Source: a virus. Taken from it: a stretch of 64,000 nucleotides of DNA. Numbering within the stretch: position 1 is the first letter of the stretch; every line of letters starts with the position of its first letter. Positions 18,157 to 26,064 of this stretch are shown piece by piece. The stretch spans positions 4,185-68,184 of the IMG/VR virus record IMGVR_UViG_3300033571_014591, one strand, 5' to 3'. Below the pieces are notes generated by a model, which made no database searches, had not been told where the DNA came from, and worked only from the letters and a program-made list of their open reading frames with translations. The translations under genes and the position numbers were made by a program.

Positions 18157-18552
18157 TTAGTGCACCTTATCGTTACCGGGCACCATGATGGCTTCACTAA
18201 TAGTGCTGCCCAGCTCAGTATTAAATGCCGTCTTTGACTTGGCCTTCAGGTTCATCTCTGCATATTTCTGTTGCAGCTCTGCCACATATGCGGAATCCTT
18301 CATCAGGTTGTCCACATCTTTAAGCAGCTTAACCATAGTTTCAGTCTCAAGCCCAACAACCTTATGGTACATGGCTGCAAACAACATCGACGCCACCACA
18401 CCAGTACGTGTAGTACCCACAAAGATACCCACCATGTCTGTCCTGGCAATGACACGTTCAACGTCCATGTCAGACGGCAGATACTTCAGTGTCAGTTCTT
18501 CAAGACCCTTAGCGACACGCTCGGATTCTGCGTTCTTTTCCTGCTCAGTCAT
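18157..18552 (-). CDS. Hypothetical protein
   Basis: GAGG RBS; track ORF. Confidence 0.6.
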   Translation of the reverse strand: MTEQEKNAESERVAKGLEELTLKYLPSDMDVERVIARTDMVGIFVGTTRTGVVASMLFAAMYHKVVGLETETMVKLLKDVDNLMKDSAYVAELQQKYAEMNLKAKSKTAFNTELGSTISEAIMVPGNDKVH

Positions 18553-19560
18553 GTTTACCTCTTAATGAAGATGCGAATAAACGGGGCCACCGTCATGATG
18601 GCCCCTACAATTGCACTGCACTCCACACACTTGCGCTCAGTCATCATATGAGTCGTCCTCATCATAGTTGACACGCATTTGGCGCTTGGGCTTCATCTGG
18701 ACATGACATGTACAATCACAGCGAAACCGCTTACCATCAGGCTGCATAAGCACCTGTTGGCAGTTCTCATGATGATTACCCTTACACATTGCAGACTTCA
18801 TCAGATCAGCCCCCACGAAATGACAACAAACAACAGCGAGAGGAGGAATTCGACAAACAGCACGAATGTAATCAAGGCAGACGGCACATTTGAGTGCAAC
18901 ACGGCTGCAATACATATTGTTACTAGTGCTGCAAGCCACACTGCCGATACCAGCATCATCAACACAAGCTACTCCTGCTTTGTATTACGAGTGCTCAGGT
19001 AATGCTCAGTGCAGAGCCACCCATGAGTAACTGACTGATTCTGTCTGGCTTCCTTTGAGCACTTAATTGTGCCTTCAGGTGTCTTGCGAACATGAATGCA
19101 TTTAGAGCCATGAATATTTGCAGACTGAGCCACGTTATCGCCTCTCTCTCTGGATATGTAGTGCTTTACACCGGCTGCACCAAATTGGATACAGCCGTGT
19201 CTTTGACTGAGGTGCTTTACGCGCATTCATGGCATAAATTGCCGTGCGCACGTGCGACTCAGACTTGAACGCTTTACGGATGCATTTGATCACTGATTAC
19301 ACCCTCTTGTATCTTATTGGAATTACGCCACCCTCAATGTGAGCTTTGCAGCGCCCATAAGGGCCAATCTTAGGATCCTGGAAGCGCCTCAGTGCAGGCT
19401 TACCACATACATTGCATGTGGCAGACTTCACCTCATAGGCCATCTTCACGTCAATTTCTAGCTGCTTGGGCATCAGATGAGTTTTCTTAAACATCCTGGT
19501 ATTAGGCGCACTCATCCTTCGCACTGAGAGACCGCAACCACTAATTCTGCCTCTAATCAT
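18549..19560 (-). other. Run of short, mostly Cys-rich early ORFs (boundaries uncertain)
   Basis: Track ORFs 18637..18939, 18969..19226 and 19297..19560 contain CxxC/CxxH pairs. Confidence 0.4.
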
Positions 19561-19719
19561 GACAACCTCTACAGATACTCATCCGGAGGATTAGAATCAC
19601 TATTAAATGCCAGAATGATTGCAATCCCTACCAGTGCCACCACACCAATCAAGATAACTAAATCTTGCATTCAGCACCTCACTATAAGTTTGGCGCAAGC
19701 CAAACGGCCCATCTGAACA

Positions 19720-19772
19720 CCATGCACTCATCATGCATTAAGTATGCACTAATCATGCACTCATCATGCACT
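19720..19772. repeat. Five imperfect 11-bp tandem units (consensus ATGCACTCATC)
   Basis: catgcactcat-catgcattaag-tatgcactaat-catgcactcat-catgcact. Confidence 0.75.
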
Positions 19773-19775
19773 AGC

Positions 19776-20012
19776 TTAAACATTCAACTAGCTAATCAAG
19801 AGCTATATAAACCCTGGCCGCTGAATCGCAGGGGCGCACCACATCAGTATTCCTAGACTGACGCTTCATTTTACTTTGGGTTTGTTGATTGCAGCCCATT
19901 TCATCAGCTACACAGCTTTGGTAATACTGATTCAAATGATGCTATAACCACCAATATCATGGGTCGAGTATGAATTGAGCGGTTGCCCTTGATTAGCTAA
20001 TTGAGTGTTTAA
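19776..20012. ncRNA. Candidate structured RNA closed by a ~28-bp imperfect inverted repeat
   Basis: 19776-19803 pairs with 19985-20012; inner stem ATCAGTATT/AATACTGAT. Confidence 0.45.
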
Positions 20013-20047
20013 ACGGATGCCCCACTGTTGCAGCAGGGCATCACAAA

Positions 20048-20290
20048 TTAACTCACACGCTTGTTATCAGTAGGCAGATTGGCACCATAGCCGCGCCTAT
20101 GATTGACAGACTGAATGTACTGATGCTGCTGCTCTGAGATGATCTGAATATGACTACCAGTCTTATGTGGGGTAATCATATGACCACGTAGTGGCTTTAC
20201 ATCTGAGCACTGAATACACACTTTCGTATGTGGTAGTGCCTCAATGCGCTTGGCTGATATCACAGTAGAGCATTTAATGCATGTTCTCAT
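20048..20290 (-). CDS. TraR/DksA C4-type zinc-finger protein
   Basis: CIKC..I...RIEALP....CIQC signature; GAGG RBS. Confidence 0.8.
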   Translation of the reverse strand: MRTCIKCSTVISAKRIEALPHTKVCIQCSDVKPLRGHMITPHKTGSHIQIISEQQHQYIQSVNHRRGYGANLPTDNKRVS

Positions 20291-20304
20291 GTTGACCTCA
20301 CACC

Positions 20305-20766
20305 TTACTGGGTAATTCTGGTGTTGAATCCCTTGTAGCTTTTGCTGCCTTCTCGCTGATCTCTTACAGTTAAAACTGGAAGAGGATCTGTCACCACTAC
20401 AGGGAAACTCTCAACACTGCCGTCTCGATTGTGTCTGTAGACTACACTGTAATCAGCAGCACAGGTGTCACACAGGTAACCCTTTACATAATCAATAGTA
20501 GGGATACGAAACTCAGTCACAACCGGCTGATAGGTAACATGCTCAGTCTTTACTTTCTGCCGTTTGATGTCACTGAATCCTCTAATCACCTTGCCACGAT
20601 AGCAAAGGCCGGGATTCACTTCAGTAGAGCAGCAACAGCACACAAGGCCATGATTAACCTTAAGGCCTGGGGAAACCTGAATTACCTTACGCGGCGGTTT
20701 TGCAGTATTGATTTTGCGCCAATCCCACTTTCGAGCTAGCTGCTCTTCGGTCAACTTGTCTGCCAT
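20305..20766 (-). CDS. Hypothetical protein with split zinc ribbon
   Basis: GAGGTG RBS; CCCC and CDTC. Confidence 0.6.
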   Translation of the reverse strand: MADKLTEEQLARKWDWRKINTAKPPRKVIQVSPGLKVNHGLVCCCCSTEVNPGLCYRGKVIRGFSDIKRQKVKTEHVTYQPVVTEFRIPTIDYVKGYLCDTCAADYSVVYRHNRDGSVESFPVVVTDPLPVLTVRDQREGSKSYKGFNTRITQ

Positions 20767-20774
20767 GTTTGCAC

Positions 20775-21200
20775 CTCATTAGAGGATTCACTTTAAGGTG
20801 AACTATCTAATCAAATGCAGCGGGGTTTTATGTTATTGGATAACCCCGCGAACCTCATGCAGTGCTTTTCGCCACTGCAACCGACAGCGTTTTCTTATAC
20901 AGTGGTTACTAAGGCTGTAACTCACCACCGTAATATGTGCATTAACTCCACATACAGAGTGTTTCGACTAAGCGCTTAGTCTAGCTAGTTTTGAGCGGGA
21001 ACTAGCAAACCCGCGATTATCAGCGTCATCCTGTCACCTCAGCGACATTCTAGGCTAATTAGTTAATATTCTTATGTGTGGATTCACCCTTGGGCTAGCC
21101 ACCATTAATTACATATTGTGCCACCACGATAATATGTAATTAATGCTAGTTAGTCCTGGCGAACGCGCACCGTCAATCCGCTGACGCCTTGTGTCCGCTT
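20775..21200 (-). ncRNA. Candidate multi-hairpin/pseudoknot non-coding RNA
   Basis: No ORF of 60 aa or more; consecutive stems, an H-type pseudoknot and a perfect 15-bp inverted repeat at 21103-21145. Confidence 0.45.
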
Positions 21201-21210
21201 TCGAGGACGC

Positions 21211-21281
21211 TGGCATGCGGCTTGCATGGAGCCGACCTGGATAGTAAGTATCCAAGCCGGCCCTATGGCATGAATTGTGCT
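21211..21281 (+). promoter_or_regulatory. Two sigma54 -24/-12 motifs
   Basis: TGGCATGCGGCTTGCA at 21211-21226; TGGCATGAATTGTGCT at 21266-21281. Confidence 0.6.
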
Positions 21282-21687
21282 ACTCAGTAGGCGTCAAAGA
21301 ATTGTCTACGATGTTGTTAACTACGCGACGAACGAGCTTACCCGACTTGGCGGTCGGCTTTACCTCATGGGTAAGCCTATACTCTGCCTTATCGCATAGA
21401 CTCGGGAACATCGACCATACTTCAGCGTGTGAGAGAATTTCGGATTGGAACTCTTCGAGCTGTTCCTGAGTGCTGAACTTAACACCGCGCGGGATACCGG
21501 GAGAAAACGTGACTGAAACATCTTTCGTTGTTTTGTCGGTTTCGAGCCCTGCCCAAATGACGCACTCAAGGGTCAAACCATTGTCAAAGGTGACAATTGC
21601 CTTCGCTGTCTGGCAGTATTTCCGCCCATATTTTTCGCCAGCTTCAGGCCTATCAGGAAGGGTCATCAAAACATCTTCAATGATCAT
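21280..21687 (-). CDS. Hypothetical early protein
   Basis: Track ORF, 135 aa, first gene downstream of the control region. Confidence 0.65.
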   Translation of the reverse strand: MIIEDVLMTLPDRPEAGEKYGRKYCQTAKAIVTFDNGLTLECVIWAGLETDKTTKDVSVTFSPGIPRGVKFSTQEQLEEFQSEILSHAEVWSMFPSLCDKAEYRLTHEVKPTAKSGKLVRRVVNNIVDNSLTPTE

Positions 21688-21758
21688 AACTTAACCTATA
21701 CTTAAAGGTTTATGCGTTCATCGTGGCGGGAGTGCCGCGAAGCCGCACCGGAGCCTAG

Positions 21759-21774
21759 AGCATCGAGCATGCCA
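21759..21774 (-). promoter_or_regulatory. sigma54 -24/-12 motif upstream of ORF 21280..21687
   Basis: Minus strand TGGCATGCTCGATGCT, about 70 bp before the ATG. Confidence 0.6.
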
Positions 21775-22264
21775 GCCAGGGAGCTTCGCCCCAAAACGTG
21801 AGATTTTGCTAGGAAAATCGCTCAGTTTCGCTTTGGCTATACCTTGCGATAGAGGCGGAAATGCGTATGGTTTCGATACGCAAGAAAAGCGAAAGGTGCA
21901 GCGATGAACTCTGCCGTTTGGCTGTAAATCGTTGAGCCGCATGGGGTTAGCTGCTGTGTATGGAATCGCTACAGGTGGTGTGTAAAAATTGCTTGGTCAA
22001 TTTTGCCCATTAGAGGGTGGCTTTCGCCTCGTTTTCGCTCCCCCCAGTATCTACCCATTCCAGGCCTAACGATCGTTCAATGGCGGTGCCTCAGAACGCC
22101 GGCAAAAGGCATTCTGAGAGCTGTCCTAACCGGCGTTTTGCAGGTCATTCCGGCGACAGCGGCAAATCCAAGATATTGGAGAGAGCAATCCAATGTTTTG
22201 GTGCCGGATAAGGATTTAGTTAACGTGGGTGTCAATGGATTGACAATAGAGCGTGCGCGCACGT

Positions 22265-22444
22265 AGCAAGGCGCATGCCAGGTTTTGACATGCATAAGGT
22301 GTGCCATAGGGGATTGTATGCATGATGCATGCCAGCCAGGTGCAAGCAAGGCGCATGCCAAGATGATGATGCATGCATAAAGGGTGCCAAGTTCATCTGG
22401 TATGCACAAAGGGTGCCAAGATCCGGTATGCATCCCCCATGCCA
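22265..22444 (-). promoter_or_regulatory. Tandem array of seven sigma54 -24/-12 motifs (period 26-29 bp)
   Basis: 16-mers starting at 22265, 22291, 22319, 22345, 22374, 22403 and 22429 all read TGGCAY-N5-[T/A/G]TGCW on the minus strand. Confidence 0.8.
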
Positions 22445-22514
22445 TTAGGTCATACCCCAGAACTCGCTTCAGGTCAAATGCCCTATCCTCAGCCAAATGC
22501 CCTAATCCTCCATC

Positions 22515-22597
22515 TGGCACAAACCTTGCATGCGTAGGGCAACTGCCCCAGGCGCATGGCATGGCTGTTGCATGCGTCGATTGGCACAACAATTGCA
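22515..22597 (+). promoter_or_regulatory. Three sigma54 -24/-12 motifs pointing rightwards
   Basis: TGGCACAAACCTTGCA (22515), TGGCATGGCTGTTGCA (22557), TGGCACAACAATTGCA (22582). Confidence 0.8.
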
Positions 22598-22804
22598 TGT
22601 CTAGGTCATCTGCCCTAGTTGTCGCAAGGGTGACGGCGAGGCGAAGTTAAAGTGTACCGGATCCCCATAACTCTATTTCATATCGCCCATATGGTTCAGC
22701 AATTTCTCCATAGAAACCCTCTAATTCCCTAACAATTTCACCATTTCCCAGCTCGTTCCATTTCAACCCTGAATCTCCACCCTATGGTTCAGCTCAAGCA
22801 CCCC

Positions 22805-23230
22805 TTAAATCTCCTTCTCTGGTCCCTTCACCGCCTTCTTCGCCCCCGCAGCCGCTTTTGCGCCTGTTTTCCTCCCATCCAGCGCCAAAATCCTCCCCCA
22901 CGGCGCAGCATCATAGATGTCCTGCATGGTGCCAGTTTCAGCAATCTGCTTTAACTTCTCTGCCCTCTTACTGCTCTTCTTAATTACCAGCCCCTGAAAC
23001 TCAGGTATATCCTTAATACTCATCAAAAACTCATAGCCACCCACCAGCGCCTGCCCATTCGAGTTCAAAACAAGCTCCTCCGAGATAATCTCATTGTGGG
23101 CAACCCAAGGCTTGCTGATCCACATCACATAATGTTTCGTGCCGATCGAAGACTGCTCGCAACACAGCACCACACCCTCCTCCAGCGCCTTCAACTTCAG
23201 TTCCTTAATCACCTTCTCAATATGTGTCAT
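22805..23230 (-). CDS. Hypothetical protein
   Basis: GAGGAG RBS; track ORF. Confidence 0.65.
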   Translation of the reverse strand: MTHIEKVIKELKLKALEEGVVLCCEQSSIGTKHYVMWISKPWVAHNEIISEELVLNSNGQALVGGYEFLMSIKDIPEFQGLVIKKSSKRAEKLKQIAETGTMQDIYDAAPWGRILALDGRKTGAKAAAGAKKAVKGPEKEI

Positions 23231-23318
23231 CTGAGTCTCCTCGACTAAACTGTTCTATTTATGCTACTATGCAGCATTACTTGACGCCCGACCGACCACT
23301 TTAAGCTACGGACACCCT

Positions 23319-23888
23319 ATGTCAAAGAACCATGATGCAATTCCTGTGCCAGATGTCGAGGTCTACGCCCGACTCGTCGGCAAGATCCAATACACCTGCC
23401 CCAACTGCAGTCAGGCCTATCCGCTTAAACTGGTTCACTGGCGTAGGGCCGACCTCTACTGCCAACGCTGCCACACCAAATTCCAGCTTGGGCTCGGGTT
23501 TAGCTCAACCGCTACCTCCTCGTCCTTCATTATGGGCAAGTGGAACTCCTACACGGCCAACCGCATCAACCCTGAAGGCACCCACTACGACGCAGCCAAG
23601 GTCTACGGCACCATCGAATTCCAGTGCCCCTCCTGTCTGCACCCCCAGCGAGGCTTCTGCGCCCACGACGGGCGACTCTCCTGCGAGTCCTGCTCAGAGT
23701 CCTTCTACGTCTCTGCACTGCTCTACAGGCTCCCTAAGGTCTCCCGCCTTAAGCTGAAGGCCCCTTTCGACTCCATTGTTAAAGGTTTAAATCCAGATGC
23801 GTCTACCAAGACTCCTAAACCCATTCATGCTTCGTCGCCTGATTCGCGCCCAGGAACGCCAAGCGGACGCGCTCGAAAGGATAGCTAA
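23319..23888 (+). CDS. Duplicated zinc-ribbon protein
   Basis: Two repeats: A++.G.I...CP.C...L.C..C...F. Confidence 0.7.
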   Translation: MSKNHDAIPVPDVEVYARLVGKIQYTCPNCSQAYPLKLVHWRRADLYCQRCHTKFQLGLGFSSTATSSSFIMGKWNSYTANRINPEGTHYDAAKVYGTIEFQCPSCLHPQRGFCAHDGRLSCESCSESFYVSALLYRLPKVSRLKLKAPFDSIVKGLNPDASTKTPKPIHASSPDSRPGTPSGRARKDS

Positions 23889-24039
23889 AATTGTCAGCTT
23901 TGAGTTTGGACGAACTTCAGAAATTATCGAGCAATACCCCGAAGAAGAAGACGACATCATCTACTCAACTGATGAAGAGACCTTCTACAGACAGCTCGCA
24001 GACAGAAGCCGTCTCTCTCACACTCCCGAAGACGAATAG
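23797..24039 (+). CDS. Hypothetical protein
   Basis: Track ORF; QERQADALERIA heptad. Confidence 0.5.
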   Translation: MRLPRLLNPFMLRRLIRAQERQADALERIAKIVSFEFGRTSEIIEQYPEEEDDIIYSTDEETFYRQLADRSRLSHTPEDE

Positions 24040-24637
24040 GAGCGCCCTGGAGCAATTCGAGGCAGCCATTGGCGGTCGGGACGCCTTGGTCGAAACCCTC
24101 GAATTAGCCCAGCTCGACAAGAAGCAGGAACACCTCCTGAACCTGCTCCTTGACCCTCGACGCCAGAAGGACACCATTAACACCATTGCCCGTGACGCGG
24201 GAATGAAGCCAGCAGGAGTCATCGAGCTCTTCCGCTCTGCAACCTTCGCCATGGCCCATGCCCTCGCCATGTCCAAGATGGCCTCTGCCCTACCCGCCGT
24301 TGTAGATGACATTGCAGCCAAAGCCGTAGACTCCAAAATCGAATGCCCCACCTGCTTTGGGCAAAAACAAATCAACCACGTTGATTGCCCAACCTGCTTC
24401 GGTAAGGGCGAAGTCATGCGCTACAGCGACCTGGACCGCCAAAAGATCCTCCTCGAATCTGCTGGAGTCACCAAGAAGGGCGGCGGCGTCAATGTTAACG
24501 TCAGCCAAGCTGTGGGCATTGTCAACCCCGGGTCGTTCTTCTCTAACTTCGTCAAAGGCTCCGACGCTGACGCCTACTCAATTGAGCCTATCGACGCTGA
24601 CGTCATTACCCCTGAGGATCCTTCCCATGGCAGCTAA
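23891..24637 (+). CDS. Putative terminase small subunit with DnaJ-like zinc finger (start possibly 23972)
   Basis: HTH-like TINTIARDAGM, CPTCFG..CPTCFGKG, C-terminal VNVNVSQ and IDADVI; lies upstream of the large terminase. Confidence 0.55.
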   Translation: MSALSLDELQKLSSNTPKKKTTSSTQLMKRPSTDSSQTEAVSLTLPKTNRSALEQFEAAIGGRDALVETLELAQLDKKQEHLLNLLLDPRRQKDTINTIARDAGMKPAGVIELFRSATFAMAHALAMSKMASALPAVVDDIAAKAVDSKIECPTCFGQKQINHVDCPTCFGKGEVMRYSDLDRQKILLESAGVTKKGGGVNVNVSQAVGIVNPGSFFSNFVKGSDADAYSIEPIDADVITPEDPSHGS

Positions 24638-24821
24638 GGTAGACGAAGCCGTATTCAAACGCATTATGCAGCTTAAAGCTCTTGGCCTCACCGACAAGGT
24701 CATCTCCATCCGCCTTGGCGTTTCAGAGCGCACCATCAGGGTCTACACCCGAGCGGCTAAAACCGGCTTAAAGCCCTACGAGGCACCTTCAGCAGATGTA
24801 TCATCCAACGGTATCGAGTAA
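24627..24821 (+). CDS. Small HTH DNA-binding protein
   Basis: GLTDKVISIRLGVSERTIR; GAGGA RBS. Confidence 0.7.
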   Translation: MAAKVDEAVFKRIMQLKALGLTDKVISIRLGVSERTIRVYTRAAKTGLKPYEAPSADVSSNGIE

Positions 24822-26064
24822 GCGGCTCGACAATCTAGCCTCAGCCATCCGCAAAACAAGCGACCCGGCCTTCCAGTTCATCGATCTCCCCGTAGATCGA
24901 CGCGAAGGCATGATTGCACGCCTCAATTCCATCTGGAACGCCGAAGAGGGCACCCTCAAGCGCCCTTTGGGACTGGACGAAGAGGCCTTCATTCGCCATG
25001 AAATCAACCGCTGCAAGGGCGACTTCTACTATTGGCTTACGTCTTACTGCAAAATTAAGTCAAAAAACGCCGAACTCGTCAAAGTCAAGCCAACTCACGT
25101 CCAGGATCTCTTCCTGCAGCGCATTGGAGAGGTCGAAAAGGCCTCAGTCTTCGACAAATCCGGCGACGGCATCCTCTTCGCGGTCCTCAAGGCTCGTCAG
25201 CTGGGCGTTTCCACCATCTCAGAGTGCATTATTTCGCACCGGATCGTCTTCTACGGCTCCATCGCGGCCCTAATCGCCTCTGACGTCGATGACCACACCA
25301 TTAACCTCTACGAAATGGTCATCAGAGTCCTCGAAAACCTCCCGTGGTGGATGGTTCCGCGCTCGACTGACCCCAAAAAGGACTACCGGGCCAAAAACCA
25401 GCTGATCTCCTTCTACGATCAGGACTCAATCATCAGATTTGGCTCTGGCAAGAACATGCAGGGCTCAAAGTTCCAGGAAAAGGGCTCAATCGGCACCGGC
25501 CAGACCCTCCATCAAGTCCACATTTCTGAGTTTGCCCTCTGGGCCAACGCCGAACAGATCTACGACTCACTGCTCCCTGCTGTGCCCATGAGTTCCAAGA
25601 CCTTTCTGGTGCTTGAATCAACCGCCAAGGGGCGCAACAACGAGTGGCACAAGACCTGGGAGCGAGCCAAGCGTGGTTTAGGCCGCCTTAAGCCCATTTT
25701 CTTCCCTTACTACACTGATCCCAACGACTACCGCCTGCCAGCACCCGTTGATTGGGTTCCATTAGCCCACACTGTCAACCATGCTGAGCGTGTAGCTGCC
25801 ACATCTCACAAATGGGTGGGGAAAACAGTCATTCTCACCCGCGAACAGATGTTTTGGTACGAGCAAACCTATGCCCAATACAAGGACTCACGTATGCTCT
25901 ATAAATTCCTTGCCGAATACTGCGCCGACGACCTTGAAGCCTTCCAGGCGTCCTCCCAGGGCGTCTTTCCTGCCGAACTCATCGATGATATTCGCCAAAA
26001 GGTCACCAAAGACCCGGTCCTCATCGATATTCGCCCAAAAATGTACCGTGAGGTCGGTCAATGA
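24796..26064 (+). CDS. terL: Terminase large subunit, ATPase domain
   Basis: VLKARQLGVST Walker A, VHISEFA Walker B, LESTA coupling motif, FFPYY, EY..D..EAF. Confidence 0.9.
   Translation: MYHPTVSSKRLDNLASAIRKTSDPAFQFIDLPVDRREGMIARLNSIWNAEEGTLKRPLGLDEEAFIRHEINRCKGDFYYWLTSYCKIKSKNAELVKVKPTHVQDLFLQRIGEVEKASVFDKSGDGILFAVLKARQLGVSTISECIISHRIVFYGSIAALIASDVDDHTINLYEMVIRVLENLPWWMVPRSTDPKKDYRAKNQLISFYDQDSIIRFGSGKNMQGSKFQEKGSIGTGQTLHQVHISEFALWANAEQIYDSLLPAVPMSSKTFLVLESTAKGRNNEWHKTWERAKRGLGRLKPIFFPYYTDPNDYRLPAPVDWVPLAHTVNHAERVAATSHKWVGKTVILTREQMFWYEQTYAQYKDSRMLYKFLAEYCADDLEAFQASSQGVFPAELIDDIRQKVTKDPVLIDIRPKMYREVGQ

Noticed and set aside
19776-20012. Retron or diversity-generating retroelement call
   Set aside because: No reverse transcriptase motifs and no template/variable repeat pair seen in the window; kept only as an ncRNA candidate.
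22265-22444. Possible CRISPR mini-array
   Set aside because: Period is only 26-29 bp, there is no constant 23-47-bp repeat with unique spacers, and conservation is bipartite as in a sigma54 site.
21718-22650. Track ORFs across the control region (e.g. 22077..22598, 22003..22266, 22384..22650)
   Set aside because: Repeat-derived His/Ala/Cys/Met-rich translations with no recognisable RBS or motif.
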